A DNA stretch of 64,000 bases from Marsupella aquatica (taxonomy: Eukaryota > Plantae > Marchantiophyta). Under the pieces are notes generated by a model. The model was not told the DNA's origin, made no database searches, and saw only the letters and a program-made list of their open reading frames with translations. The position numbers and the translations under genes are program-made. The stretch spans positions 15,961,974 through 16,025,973 of the forward strand of contig OZ316899.1 in assembly GCA_973895155.1 (NCBI GenBank), written 5' to 3'. Below are positions 1 to 13,629 of the stretch, piece by piece. Each line of letters opens with the position of its first letter. The first letter of the stretch is position 1.

Positions 1-2866
1 AAAGTGAGGCTGGTGCACTGAGCGGAGGTTTTGTGGATCTTGTTGTACGGGTTGTTTGAGGGGTATTGTCCAATGAATCAGTATCACCATTTGATGTGTC
101 CAAACCAGAGAGATTCACCACTCTTGTCATAGGATCATTAGAATTAGAGGGAATGGAGGCAATGTCAGTTCTGTTTAGGTTTTTCCTTTTCAAACCATGA
201 GTATTTGGTGTGGTTATGAGAACGGTGTCATGCCGATGGGAGTCTTGTGGAGAGATAGTCCCAGTTGCATGTCCCTTTCTCTTCATTGACTTGGTCACAA
301 TATCTCCGTTAAGGGGAGTACTTCTTTCCAAATCGAAGTCCGTCGCGTTGGAAAAAAGCATGTTGGTCGCATCTTCAAATAACCTCGGTGAACCTGCTTG
401 ATCGGCGGAACGGAATGCCAATTCCCATATAGTCGGCCCCTTTCCTCTGTTCAACCCTTTCCGATATGCACTGTATCCCGCAACTTGAGACAGGGCTCGG
501 TTTTGGTCAACTTTGCATGCTTCAAAAAGACCAAATTTTTTCTTTGTAGCCCAGGCTTTCATAGACGCATGCCTTGATTCTGACCCTGTACAGTTGGGAA
601 TCAAGGCACTTTCTTCTGCGCTTTTGCTCTGCCATAGTTTGAATGCAATAATCAGTACTAGCATTGTATAACTAGCGCCCGGTGCTGGCACCGACAAGTA
701 TGTATAACAGACGTGAAATACAATTGCAATTATGATTTTGGAACTTTATGGACATGTTGGACTCAATGTATTGTATTCCTGGTTTTTACGTGTAAGATAC
801 AAGCAAATCATACCAGCGCCTGGCGCTTATATAAAGTTGATGGAAATGAAAGACAAGAGAGGAGATGGATGTCATACCACTCGAATAAAATTGCCCCACT
901 GGCGCCATCGAACAACCCACCAGGATATCTAGCTTTGTAGCATCATGAGCTTTCTAGGGACACAGTTTCTTGATTGCCACCAAACCACAATCTCTCGGGA
1001 CACGCAATACGCTACCACAAACGTTGGAGCGTTTCTTAGTTTCTCCCAAAGTCTTTGATGTTCCGATTGACATTCTTTGAGTACTCCTTCCTTGGAATGT
1101 CGATGGAAAGATTGATAAAACTGAAATGCATCAGAGCGCTCCCTCTCCGGGTCTGGGTGTCCACCAAAAAAAACATTCCGCACAACATTCCATCCAGCTT
1201 GTGCATTGTCCGCCATAAACCATTGGATGACAACCTCCTGTAATCCATTCTCCTTGCAAACCTCAATCATAACTCTCCAAGCCTTTTCAAAAGACTCAGT
1301 ATCTTCACCTTTCAACTCGCATGTGAAAATTGTACAAAGTGCATGGAAGTTATGGTCGTAGACATGCACGCTAAAAGCAATTAAACCAATCGGTTGTGAT
1401 ACGTTGCATCACATCGAAACTGACCCACGCTCCTTTGAGTCTTCCACCAGGTTGCATCTGTCTCAAAAGATCCACACCGGAACCGTGACCCTACGTGGTC
1501 GTTTTAAATATGCGAGGCCTGTCATCTTGACATCCTTGACCCGGGAGCAAATACCTATGGAGAAACGACAGGTTAATCCTCTTATGCATTTGCGAGAGAA
1601 AATCTAGTTCACCCCGACCCTTTTGGTCTATCCTAATGCTCCGACAAAGAGATGCAAACTTCTGGGGAGTGGAAAGTACCATCAGAGACTTCCATATTTC
1701 AGTTTCTTCCATATCGACCATGTCATCAACATGTTCGTAGAGAGCTTTCACTATGGACCCTGTAGCAGAATTCAAGATCCCAACAGGTTTTGCCAAAGGA
1801 TTGGCTTCATGATTTTTTTAAATTAAATCCTCAGCCATCTTCTTCGCACTCCTACAGAAGGTTTTTCTACCTAGATGGTTATGCTCACCTATATGAATCA
1901 CCAGGCGGGAGATATGACTACATGTTTTCGCATCAAGTAATACTTGCAGGTACATATGGAACAAACGGGCAGGGCAGTACTTGACACAAAAGGAATTTGA
2001 TCAAAATAATGACACACAACACCACCCTCTTCAATAAAAGATCCAACAACATACTGACCACTAAGCTTTGGAGTACCCTGCCATGCCTTAGCATTTGCCT
2101 TCTTCTTCCTTTGGAAGTACTCACAGGACTTGTTCCGACATTCAATAAATCCCATACAGGTAACCTTACCAAATTGCCAAAGTTTTTTTGGCTGAACGAT
2201 TGCGGTAGTGGGAAATATGCATGTCCAAATGTAACAATCTTTGGCACGGTCCATGTCCCTAAGCCTAGAGCCTTTAGAGAGCATCTTGTCAATGGGTGGC
2301 AATTCAAACACGACGTTCCCATTATACTTAGTTGGCAGACAGGAGACTTGCTCATGTCTAAAATCACCCACTGATATGAATCTCGATAACTCGCTATGAC
2401 CAGTGGATTTGAGTAACGTATCCATTGCACTCCGCCGATACACGACCTCAAACTGGTTGGAGCTTCCTGGAGTCTCACCTTTAACGATAGCATGTTGCGG
2501 GACTTTCATCTTCAACGTAGGACTTGGAGTGTGATCTCCATCTTCACTAGAAGAAATCTTGACAACATCAAATGGAACTTGGGGGACACTGGACGGTCCT
2601 TCGTGTTGTCTTACTCGAAGTGAGTACAAAATCCCTACGTATAGATGTCAAAACCGTTCACCATCATCCACATTGAATGTTGTTGCATCTTCGATGTCAT
2701 CACTGGTTTCGAGCTCTCGAACAATGGCCTCAATATCATTCATCTTCAAATCAAATCTCCTGCAAAGGTATCTCTCCCGGATCTGCTTGTACGTGTCTTC
2801 CACAGGGACGGGGATGGTCACAATATCCCCAGTCCCGAATCAGGATAGAACGATGGACTGAGACAT
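1..2866 (-). pseudogene. Mutator-like DDE transposase with Cys-rich N-terminal domain (stops and frameshifts; continues beyond left edge)
   Basis: ATG at 2866 is in frame with ORF 1898-2629 (LPTKYNGNVVFELPP...CMGFIECRNKSC). Catalytic-like motifs: WVSFD (~1415), FMADNAQAGW, ERSDAFQF (CxxH position), WWVVRWRQWG, SESRHAS. GT-AG intron at 629-877. Confidence 0.75.
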
Positions 2867-3853
2867 TGCAATCGAAAACAAATAACGAGGGCTGTAATGT
2901 TTCGAGGAAGAAAAGTCTATGGGAATATGGAGCTTATATCAGTCGAACCTGGGAACTTCACATTAATAGATCCATTTGTATAAGACAGAAAACATAGTCG
3001 ACATAGGATCCGTTGGCGCCATAAATGAATTTTGTCATTTTTCCCCGATAAGTCCGGATGTTAGACGCATACATACTGCCAAAAAAGACACCACAAAAAG
3101 CTTTAACGGACTCTAAGATATTATATAGTTGGAACAATTTGAGTAGCGCCTGGCGCTAACTAAAATACCTCAAACATAATGTGCCCCAAATCTCGATATT
3201 CCATACTAGCGCCTGGCGCTAGTATAGAAAAAACTCTCCAGATATACATCAATATTATGAGGTAATTGGATTTAAATGGTCAATGAAAATGTGAATTCTC
3301 TTAGAACTATGGATGAAAAATTATAGTTTTCACTAGCGCCGGGCGCTAGTATAGGATACAAGTAATGTTTCCCAAAAACCATTAAAACAATAGACATTTC
3401 TTTAAATATGGGGGTTGTTTTGACAAAATTTATGTACTAGAGCCATCATTGCACACCTTTTTTATAGCTGTTGTTTTTACTAGCGCCGGGCGTTGTGTGA
3501 CACCGCCGGTACGGCGGTTAATGAGTGATTCAGTCTAACTGCGCTCGGCACGCGCGTTAGGTGGGTCTTAGGCCGCTATTATTAGCATAACGACAGTATT
3601 TAGGTAATCATTAGGGGTAGGACATCATTAGGCAATAAGGGGGACTTCAGGTTCGGGCTGGCGGCGGGTCGCTATTCGCACACTCGGGTTACGAGCGTGG
3701 AGGGGCCCCTCCCTCGGGTCCGTATAACGAACTTAAGGAAGCGGCCACTGACGCACGCTGACTCAGACCGGCGGAGTGGCCTGTACACCACAAGCGTGAG
3801 CGGTTCAACCTATGGGCGTCGAGGAGACGTCGGGGATCGACAAGCCCTCAAAG

Positions 3854-3860
3854 TATAAAA
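3854..3860 (+). promoter_or_regulatory. Candidate TATA box in LTR (copy at 13955-13961)
   Basis: TATAAAA followed by a CT-rich leader, about 100 bp upstream of the LTR ORF ATG at 3962. Confidence 0.6.
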
Positions 3861-3961
3861 GGGGAGCCAACCCTTTGTAGTGCACCAGTCCATCAGTCCG
3901 TGCGCCAGCTTCGACCCCTGCTCTCTCGTTCTCTCTAGGTCGCCACTACTATCTCCTCTGA

Positions 3962-4804
3962 ATGTCGCACACGATCCTCTCCAGCTCGGCCATTCGATTA
4001 TGGACGCAGTTCCTATCTACCGGAAGGCACTTGGCCGATTCATTGAAACACGCCAACCCACGCCGATACGAGATCGAACGCAAATACGAGAGAGCCATCC
4101 GCCTAGCAGGACGACACCACTATGTCCTTAACTTTGACTACCCGTCTCAGAGCGAGCTTTACCGACCAGCTGAGGTATCTGGGTACTTCTTCAACGGAGA
4201 CAAATATATCGGGTTCTGGGAAGCATTGCTTCGGCTTCCGGACGAGGTCTTCAATATCCCGGGTACAATCGACCTGCAGCGACATCACTTCGACCACATC
4301 CCTGCCCAGGTTCGGGCTGTCATTAACGGCGAGTCCAGTACCAACCGTTCGACAAGGGCGTCCGCACTCGCTTCGGAGAACTTCTACCAGCACCTGCAGA
4401 GCTTCATGGGAACTCGGCCATCAACCAACATGACCAACTCAGCCGGACCTGTACCCGTACCCGTACCCGTGCCCATGCAACCCCAGCCTCAACTTCAGCT
4501 TCAGCCTCAGCCGCAGCCTAGCCAAACCCCACCACCTATCACCCAGCCAGCACAGGTACGCTCCGTCATCAACGCTGTGGATCTTAGCGATGACGACGAG
4601 GCTACCCCACCCTTGACCAGGCGGCCCAGAGGAACAAGCGCGCGGGGGGCCGACACTATATCGTCCCCACCCCCTGCTCTGACCCCAGGAGCGGCCCCAG
4701 CAGACAACATAGTGACCGTGGCCGCCCCGGGCCCGTTACCAACCGCAGTGGCACTCCCCAGGCCCGATCGGGAGGATGGGGAAGTATCACCTTCCCCGAG
4801 TTAG
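3962..4804 (+). CDS. LTR-encoded protein, part A (280 aa; unknown N-terminal domain plus Pro/Gln-rich tail)
   Basis: Open frame, identical protein in both LTRs. Similar to translated segments of the second element's LTR at 34792-35235. Confidence 0.75.
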   Translation: MSHTILSSSAIRLWTQFLSTGRHLADSLKHANPRRYEIERKYERAIRLAGRHHYVLNFDYPSQSELYRPAEVSGYFFNGDKYIGFWEALLRLPDEVFNIPGTIDLQRHHFDHIPAQVRAVINGESSTNRSTRASALASENFYQHLQSFMGTRPSTNMTNSAGPVPVPVPVPMQPQPQLQLQPQPQPSQTPPPITQPAQVRSVINAVDLSDDDEATPPLTRRPRGTSARGADTISSPPPALTPGAAPADNIVTVAAPGPLPTAVALPRPDREDGEVSPSPS

Positions 4805-6609
4805 TCACGGGGAAAGAAGAGGAAGGAATCCGCCACTGCATCCGGGTTACCGTTGGCCACGGTAGCCGTAGCCAAGGTGACGATGCATCGCATGGGGGAA
4901 AATGTTCATAGCAACATCCTCCATCCCAAGCATGCGGTGTACCTGAAGACTCAGGGATTTGAGCACCTCACCTCTCTCCCCTGGAACACTTGCAGGTACT
5001 ACGGGGAGGACATGACAGAATTCGTCAAGAATTATGACGACGTACGTCAACAGACTCGGCTGCGGGGAAGGAATATGTCCCTCACAGAAGAACGGCTCAA
5101 GATGATCTTCGGGTTACCCGAAGGTGACCATCGAGTCGAATCACGGGCTCCCGGGGGCAAGGGGGCCAAGTACCAATCTTCAAGTTTTCCCTCAGAGGGA
5201 TCAGTAGACAACGGGTTCGTGATGAGGACTTGCCTCATGCCCGAGATAGCTGAGCGGCTGGAGTTCCAGAGGTACGCTCTCCACATGATGGAACCCCGGG
5301 GGGAGATCTCCGCCGCCCAGGTTATCCAGGTCGAGAACTATCGACCTAGGAAATGGGCGTCGTACTTCGCTAAGAAATTCCATGAAGAGATGGAGCGGCG
5401 AAGGAAGACGCTGTACATTGGCGGGAAGGCGTATTTCGCTAGCCATATCGAAATCATTCTTGAGTGGTACGCCCGGTTTGATCGACGAACCCTTCCCCGC
5501 ATCAACGTTACAAAGCTGGTCCCAGCTAGGTGGGTTTTTCCGGCATTGTGGAGACGGCCCCAACCCGAGGCCCGAAGTCCAGTGGACACGCCAGCTTCAC
5601 CCACCCCACCTCCACAAATAGCTGTAATCGTAACCGAGGAGGCGCCGGAGGGGTCGGTCGTCGCAACCGTTGATGCGACCCAACTAGCCGGGCTAAGTAC
5701 AGAAGTTGGTACGGCAGAGGTCTTACCCGAACCCGGGTCTCCCAAGGACCCGCCGGTGGCAATTCCGGAGAACCGGACATCGCTGCAGGAGGACACTCCA
5801 GCCCCTTCCAACGTTATGTCCCCAGGGCTGGACGTCACTGCCCCGGCCCCTGCGCGTGTTGATGTCTGCCCGTGCCCAAATCCGGACAGGCACAACTTGG
5901 AGCACCCGGAACTCTTCGTATAGGGTATGTTTCTGAACGGGCTTCTGGGAGATTTCTCTCATCAAATTGCCCGGGATACCGGGGAGTTCATGGCCCGGAA
6001 GGTAGCCTGTTTCTTCAATCAGGAGTTGGTTGCCGCCGTAAAGGCAGGTCGGGCCCAGTCGGAGGCCCTTCAGAGGATAGAGCGGTACCGGGTGGAGTCC
6101 GTGTACCTAAAGAATGAAGTGGCGGCTCAAGAGGCTGAGCTTCTGCAACTACGACCCAAGGTTGCAGCCGCCGATGAGTTGTTAGCAAAGGCGTACGCTC
6201 TTACCGCCCTAGCCGAACAGGCCAAAGCTGGGAACGAGGCCGAGATTACACGACTCCGGAACCAGATTGACAGTTTGAAGAAACAAGCTGTCACCTGGCA
6301 GAAAGACCTGGAGGAGGCCGAGGAGCGAGCCCAGCAGGACGCGACGGAGATAGCCACGCTGCAGGCCGAGATGGCGCGGCTCCAAACCGAGGCCGAGAAG
6401 GAGGACCAGCTGGCGAGTAAACTGACGAGCGACACCCAGCAGCTGGAGGAGGCATGTCAGGAGGCAGCAGAGGAGACGGGCGCGGCGAGGTGAGAGAACG
6501 AATCTCTGCTGGACCAGGCCAGCTCCTCAAAGCGGACAATGACAGGCTTCGAAGGCAGGGGGATGGCCGTTCCCATTCGGGTGGCTCTGGCAAGCGTGCC
6601 AGGCATTAG
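4805..6609 (+). pseudogene. LTR-encoded protein, part B, disrupted 5'-LTR copy
   Basis: Compared with the 3'-LTR copy: CAG>TAG at 5921, CGA>TGA at 6491 and a 1-bp deletion near 6519. Confidence 0.85.
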
Positions 6610-7521
6610 CGGCGGAGTAGGAATAGATTAGGATTAGGATTGGCTTAGTCAGGCTCTTGGGACAGGCACCTGCCTTAGGTACAGCAGCGCTGCCCTGCTG
6701 TCCAGCCTGCGTAGATTAGGATCTTCTAATAAGACACAGTCGTTTTCCGGCCTGACTGTCAGCTTAGTTAGGACCTTAGTCAGCGAATCTTCGGCGAGAG
6801 GACACCCCGTTCCTCGGCTCTTAGTATTTAGTGCACCCCTCGGTAGAGGCAAGGGGGGGGGTTTTTAGTTTCAGAGTCGAACATCCGCGGGACATGCGGG
6901 GAGTCCCGACCTCTGGGAATGACAGAGTACCAAGGGGAGGGGGAAGGACTAAGCTCGCCGGGCGAGTGCGGAGCCGGGCTCCGTTGTAGTGTGCACCCTC
7001 GGCCTTGAACCTATGCATTCCAGGGCTGTCGTGTCAACTAAGTGTACGCATATGTTCCCTTTGTAGTAAAATCCTTTCCCATCATTTTCCTTCGTGTAAA
7101 TCAAGATTGTATGCATGTGTGCGCATATGTGTGTGGGCTTCTCGTATATGGGTGGCAGCGCCAGGCCGAACGCACTACCCGAGACGTGCATAGGGTGCAG
7201 CCTGCGGGTAAGTGGTTGCGAGCACGGGTTGAGGACCTGTATCATCGAATCCGGATCGAAGGCGGACAGCACGAAGGCTTAGAAGCCCTTAAGCCGGGGT
7301 CGATCCTGCTATCGACTAAGGTACGTTCCGGCGGCGGAACACAAACCATACCTAGGAGGTGTCCGTATTTAGCAGTATGCGCACTTAGCGCTAGTTTACG
7401 AGAATAAGGTGCATTACGTGCTTCCCTTCCTGCCCGAACCCTCAGATTTACGAGGGATGTGCCCGTCTAAGCTGAAGTCTGAGTTAAGGCCGAAGCCTAC
7501 GACGTGACATAGCCTTTGTTT

Positions 7522-7539
7522 TGGCGCTAGATGGAGGGG
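7522..7539 (+). promoter_or_regulatory. Primer-binding site, tRNA-Asn-like
   Basis: TGGCGCTAGATGGAGGGG, 12 nt after the LTR. Complementary (one mismatch, from recalled sequence) to the plant tRNA-Asn(GUU) 3' end CCCCUCCUUCUAGCGCCA. Confidence 0.8.
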
Positions 7540-7632
7540 GCACTCTACATATCGTAGAGGGGAGACATGTGCGTATTCACCTAGGCAGGATACATCAGGA
7601 CGTAGTACTAACCATTGCATTTATATGAGTAA

Positions 7633-10600
7633 ATGCCCGTCACTCGTTCTCAAGCAGCTTACTTGAGGAGATTGACCAGCGAATGAGAAAGTGCAACCAC
7701 AACAAGCTCCGACTCGTCGGGCTCGGAGGACTCGCAATCGTCCCGACGTATGAACATACCCCCGGGATCTTCGGGGTCCGGTTCGACCGGCCCTGCTGCG
7801 GTTCCACCACCACCACCACCACCACCACCTATGGCAGCCGCTCCACCGGTGGCCCGCGCTGCTCAGGCGCCTCCACAAATATCGCAACGATCGAGATTTC
7901 ATTATCGACCTTTCAAAGGGCGTCATGGGGATGATCCGGATGAATGGTTGGATGAGTTTGAAGCCACTGCTAAAGCTAATGGGGAAGACGCCATTAAGCT
8001 AACCGTCCTCCCGGGAGTGATGCGGGGAGAAGCTCGTCCATGGTACAACTCGTTACCACCCGGGACTACCTGGGCACAATTCCAAGCTGCATTGCTGCAG
8101 GAGTTTCGTGCCATTGGATCAGAACAACGTTCTCTATTAAAGATTGGCCAGCTTCGCATGGGAAAAAAAGAGTCCCTGCGGAAATTCATTCAGAAGTTTC
8201 AGAAACTTGCGGCCAAGATCCGGCCCAGGCCAGGAGACGCGCTCCAGCTTACATGGTTCCTTCATGGTTTGCCCACGAATATGCAATTCTGGGTACGCCA
8301 GAATAATCCAATTTCAATGTAGGCGGCCATAGCGTGCGCCAAAACTTACCGGGAGTCCACCTATAACTCCCGGCGGAGCCAGCGAGCACGCCGCAGGAAG
8401 GGTAAGTACGAAACCTTCAGTGACAGTGACTCCGAATCGGACGACGAGAGGAAGAAGAAACGCAAGAAGAAGAAGAAACATCGTTCGACCTCGTCCAGCT
8501 CCGAGACGGAATCCAGTTCGGATTCAGCTTCAAGCATCGGATCCTCTACCTCCAGTTCATCAGGAAGTGACTTGGAGAGCGAAAGCCGGAGCAAAAAGAA
8601 GAAGAGACGAGTGAAGAAGGAGGGGAAGATTAAACCCCGGGCGCGAAGAACGATACCAGATCCAAAGGCTGCCGAAGCAGACAAGCTGAACGAAATCACG
8701 GATCGACTCAAAGCACTGTCAGTACATCTTGCAGAAAAGCCGGTGGAGAAGAAGAAGCCATCTGAGATTCGAACCCATGCGTGGTGTTCAAAGTGCTTCC
8801 AATCCGGCCATGTGGTGCAGGAATGCCCAAGGTGGAAGAACCGAGTTCACCAAGTAGAGCTGGATGATGTTGACAACCCGGGCCCCGAATCGGAGTCCAC
8901 GGAGTATTTCTTTGAGGACCCTCCTGATTCCGTGTACCAGATTTCAACGGTAGGTCCGCGTAATTTAGCGGGTAGAACTGCGTACCCCTACCCAAGTAAT
9001 GGCCGGAGTTTCCAGGTTATCAGTAACCCGAGCATCCCTCCTAAGCTAGGGATTTGGCGGTCCCCGGTTTGTTACAACTGTGAAAAGCCAGGACACTTTG
9101 CGAGGGAATGCACCGAACCAAGACGTCAGGGAGATGGCCGAGGCACCCCACTATGTCAAGTTTGCAAAACGGAGGCTCATTCCACGGCCAACTGCCCGTT
9201 GGTAATCGCTGCTCGAACGAGTGCGGCTAGACCGGCCCAGGCTGGACCAGTCACGAGCGATGCAGTCGTCCAAATGATTGCTGTAGAATGGCAAGATGAC
9301 AACACCGAGTGGGTGAATCTGGTGGACGTGGCGGAACACCCTAATCCATTGGATGAGGCCGAGTGCTACCGAGTGTCGACAAGGGCCGAACGGAAGGAAG
9401 AAAAGACGGAGGAGAAACGGAGGAAAAAGCAAGATACTACTCCGGTGCAGCCAGCGATAAATATACCCCCGGAAAAGGACGATGACTACCGAAGGGACGA
9501 CCTGAAGCTGTTTTTCCCCCGCATCGAAGAATTGGTAAAGAAACAGCTGGAGGCTTACGAAGCTCGGGAATACCAGAAGGCAATCGATAAGGACATCAAA
9601 GCAGCCGAGACAGCCCGGCGTCAGGAGCAAGAAAAGCAAGATAAACAAGAGGAAGCCAAGCAGCAGCCAACGAAAGAAACAAAGGAGGACTATGATATTA
9701 AGGAGGACGTGAAGAGTTGCCCGGTTACAGCGACGGTGGGGCAACTGCTGCAGAACAACCCACAGTACAGACGACAATTGAGGGAGTTGCTCATGGGTCG
9801 CCGAAGGAGGAGACTACCCCGAGTTGGGAGTGCGGACTGCAACATGATATGCGAGGACCTTGGAGCGCCGGACATCTCGATCGAAATTAATAACTGTACC
9901 ATCAAGATGGTTCTTGTAGACGGAGGAGCGGGAGTCAACATCATGACTGAAGAAACGTCAGTCAAGTTAGGATACCTCACGTATCAACCCACGGCCCGAG
10001 CTATCAGATTAGCAAACGGGGCAAGGGTCCTCCCATTAGGCACGCTCACACGAGTGCTCACTCTGGTGGGAGGGGTAGAGTTCTATCTCAACTTCTTAGT
10101 CATGAGGCCGGTTCGTCCCTCCTCTTATCCGGTTCTTCTGGGCAGGCCGTGGTTGTACGGTGGCCGCGTAGTCACGGATTGGGGAAAGAAGGAGCTACGG
10201 TTCGGGGAACCCACCGTACGGGTATCCTGGGCAATGGACGATTATCAGGGAGAAACCCCACAAGGACCCGAGGAATATGATTCGGAGACCTCGGAGGAAG
10301 AGGAACTCAATATGATCGAACTCATCTCGTCCCTATCCGAGGAAGATGTCTTCGGAGTTGAAGCAACCCGAGAAACACATCTCCTAAATTACCCGAGGGC
10401 TGCCATTGAGTCCACCCCAAGTACATCTACTATCGGGGATGAGGAAACGCACGAACAACTCGTCGAGACGGAGGACACGGCTCCAGCTAAGCAGGGAGCC
10501 GAGGCTACTCCTTCCATTTCAGAGCCTCGTAACCATGAACCAGCCCAACAACCGCCTGAGGCCGAAAACTCGAGACCGAGACATAAAAAGCGAGTCTCAT

Positions 10601-13600
10601 GGGATCCGTCCATTCTGCAATTGGAGGAAGTAAACCCCATCCCGAGACCAATCCCGGTCCCACCCATGTACGGAGGGGTTCGGTTAGCTGAGCTTGACGC
10701 GAGCCTGGACCCAAGTCTGCGAAACCAGGTTGAAGTCATCAGGAAGGAGCACTACCGGAAGTACACTATTGGGATGGACAAATCTTTTAACCTGGGCCAC
10801 GCTCTGACGGGGAAGGCTGAAAAATCCATCCAAGCTTTGCTCAAGGAATATGAAGATGTGTTTGCATGGAGTCATCATGATTTAACAGGCGTCTCCCCCG
10901 AGTTGGGAGAACACACAATCGATCTGAACCTAGGAGCCCATGCGGTACGACAGCGACAACGTCGCATGAATCCGAGGTACTCCATCTTAGTGAAGGAGGA
11001 AATTGATCGTCTCCTCGCCGCCGATATCATTTACCCGGTAATGGCCAGCGACTGGGTCTCTCCCATTGTCATTGTACCAAAGAAGGGAGGTACGGATGGA
11101 AAACCTAAGATTCGTATCTGTCAGGACTACCGTAAGCTGAATGACGCAACCCGAAAAGACCATTACCCATTACCATTCACGGATATGGTTCTAGATATGG
11201 TGGCCCGAAATGAAATCTATACATTTCTTGACGGGTATTCAGGTTATAACCAAATCTGGATTCGTCTCACGGATCAGCTCAAAACAACTTTCACTACGGA
11301 GTGGGGAACGTTCGCATTTCGGAGGATGCCTTTTGGTCTGTGTAACGCCCCGGCTATGTTTCAGCGCCTTATGATGAATATCTTCCACGATTTCCTACGG
11401 GAATTTTTGGAGATATTTATCGATGACTTTGCCATCTTCGGAACCGTTGCCATGCACCCCGAACACCTACGACGAACGTTGCAACGATGCCGAGATGTTA
11501 ACCTCAAACTACATCCCGCCAAATGCTTCTTCGGGGTAGAGGAGGGGGTGTTACTCGAGCATCGTGTGTCCAAACGGGGCATTGAGGTGGACCAAGAGAA
11601 AGTTGCGGCCTGGATGGCGGTGGTGTTCCCCTTGGATCAAAAAGCAGTACGATCCTTCTTGGGCTGCGTAGGGTATTACCGCCGGTTCATTAAAGACTTT
11701 GCTAAAATTGCGTTGCCCTTAACTGAGATGATGAAGAAGGACGCAGCGGTCGAGGAGACACCCCGGAGACGGATTGCTTTTGAGGAACTCCGTAAACGAC
11801 TCACCACCGCGCCTATCATGGTCACCCTAGACTGGAATAAGGAGTTCCACGTGTATGTCGATGTGTCAGGGTTCTGTATCGGATCCGTACTTAGTCAGCT
11901 AGATGAGGATGGACGTGATCACCCCATCTATTTCGCTAGCCGTCAACTATTTGCAGCCGAAAAGAATTATTCCCCCACTGATCGAGAAGCTTTGGGAATA
12001 ATCTACTCGTGTAAAAAGTTCCGACACTATCTGCTAGGCTACAAGGTCATTTTCCACACGGATCATGATAGCCTGAAGTACATGGTCAACAAAGCGGATG
12101 TGACAGGACGGATAGCCCGGTGGGTGCTACTTCTCCAGGAATTTAATTACGAAGTTCGGGTTCGGCCAGGAAGGGTACACCTCAATGCCGATTTCTTTTC
12201 ACGACTGGACGGCGTACCAGTCGATCAGCCAATTGATGATATTTTTCCGGATGAGGAGTTGTTCCACGTGGGGGAAGGGACACCAACGTGGTACGGCTCA
12301 ATAATCACCTTCCTTTTAACGGGCCGCATCCCTGACGGCATCAATCAGGAGGCCGCCGCTGTGTTTTTACGGAAAGCCGGGCCTTACGTCATGATACAGG
12401 GTCACCTACATAAGGAAGGTATTAACGGAAAGTTACGACGCTGCTTAGAGTATAAGGAGACACTTATCGTGATACGGGCCCTGCATGAAGAAGAAGCTGG
12501 AGGCCATTTCGTGGCAGTTACGACAGCCCGAAAGATTCTGGACTCGGGGTATTGGTGGCCTACGTTGCATCGGGATGTACAGCGCTTCATTAAGGGCTGT
12601 GACTTGTGTCAGCGAGTGGGGGCCCCGAGGCGGGCTCATCATCACCCGCTCACATCTGTGCTTCCATTGGCACCATTCGAAAAATGGGGAATTGATTATA
12701 TCGGACCGTTCACTCCCGTTACCCGAAGGTGAAGGTGCAGGTACATCCTATTAGCTATTGATTACTCCACCAAATGGGTCGAAGCGCGGGCTACGGTAAA
12801 GGACGACGCCGCAACCAGTGCCAGATTCTTATACGAACAGATTTTCACCCGATTCGGACCGCCCTTAGAATTGGTAAGCGACCGTGGAACCCACTTCCTC
12901 AATGACACCGTAGCCCAGCTTACGGAGCGTTACCTAGTCAAGCACCGCAAGACTACCCCATATCATCCTAAAGCCAACGGGATGGCGGAGAGAGCAAATG
13001 GTATCATTGGGAAGATCCTCAACAAAACTGTAGCTGCGCACAAAACGGATTGCGATGATAAGTTGTACGCGGCGGTGTACTCGTATAATCTAGCTTACAA
13101 AACTACTACGAGTCACAGCCCGTACTTTCTGGTGTTTGGCCAACATTCGTTGGTGCCCGTCGAATTTGAAGTGCACACTCCACGGGTCAGCATTCGGGAT
13201 TGCTTACCTGAATCTGAAAGTCTGTCAGACCGAGCTTATCAGATTGAAGCCTTGGAAGAAGCACGGCTACTGGCAGCTCGACACACCGTGAAGAAACAGG
13301 CAACTTCGAAAAAGCAGCACGACAAAGGACTACGGAGGGTCGACGTCGTGGCACGCGATCTAGTCCTTCTGTACGATAGTAGGTACATGCAGTTTCCAGG
13401 GAAGCTGCATACCCGGTGGTTGGGGCCCTTCCTTGTCAATCAGATCTACCGAAACGGATCTTTGGAGCTTGCGACGTATGCCGGCGATTTACTCCCCACG
13501 CGAATCAACTACGATCGTGTAAAAAAGTACCACCATCAAGATGACGACGCCGATAGCGATGTTCGCGAGGACGCTTCACAATTAAGCAGGGAGCTATGTG

Positions 13601-13629
13601 ATGCCGCCGGTACGGCGGTTAATGAGTGA
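7633..13629 (+). pseudogene. gag-pol polyprotein, single frame with three premature stops
   Basis: Starts MPVTRSQ. Three CCHC knuckles, protease LVDGGAG, RT FIDD, RNase H YVDVS, integrase HHCC/GIDY/SDRG/ERAN/GPF. In-frame stops at 7684, 8320 and 12730 are consistent with C>T. The frame ends 33 nt inside the 3' LTR. Confidence 0.95.
13584..13593 (+). promoter_or_regulatory. Polypurine tract
   Basis: AAGCAGGGAG just before the 3' LTR TG. The same GGGAGCTA|TGTGATGCC junction occurs in element 2. Confidence 0.75.

Larger units (their letters stand above)
3496..7509 (+). repeat. 5' LTR (4014 bp)
   Basis: Starts TGTGAC, ends GTGACA. Direct repeat of 13597-17608, roughly 99% identical by eye, differences mostly transitions. 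Confidence 0.97.

Noticed and set aside
7522-7539. tRNA gene
   Set aside because: Only an 18-nt complement of a tRNA 3' end (PBS); no cloverleaf.
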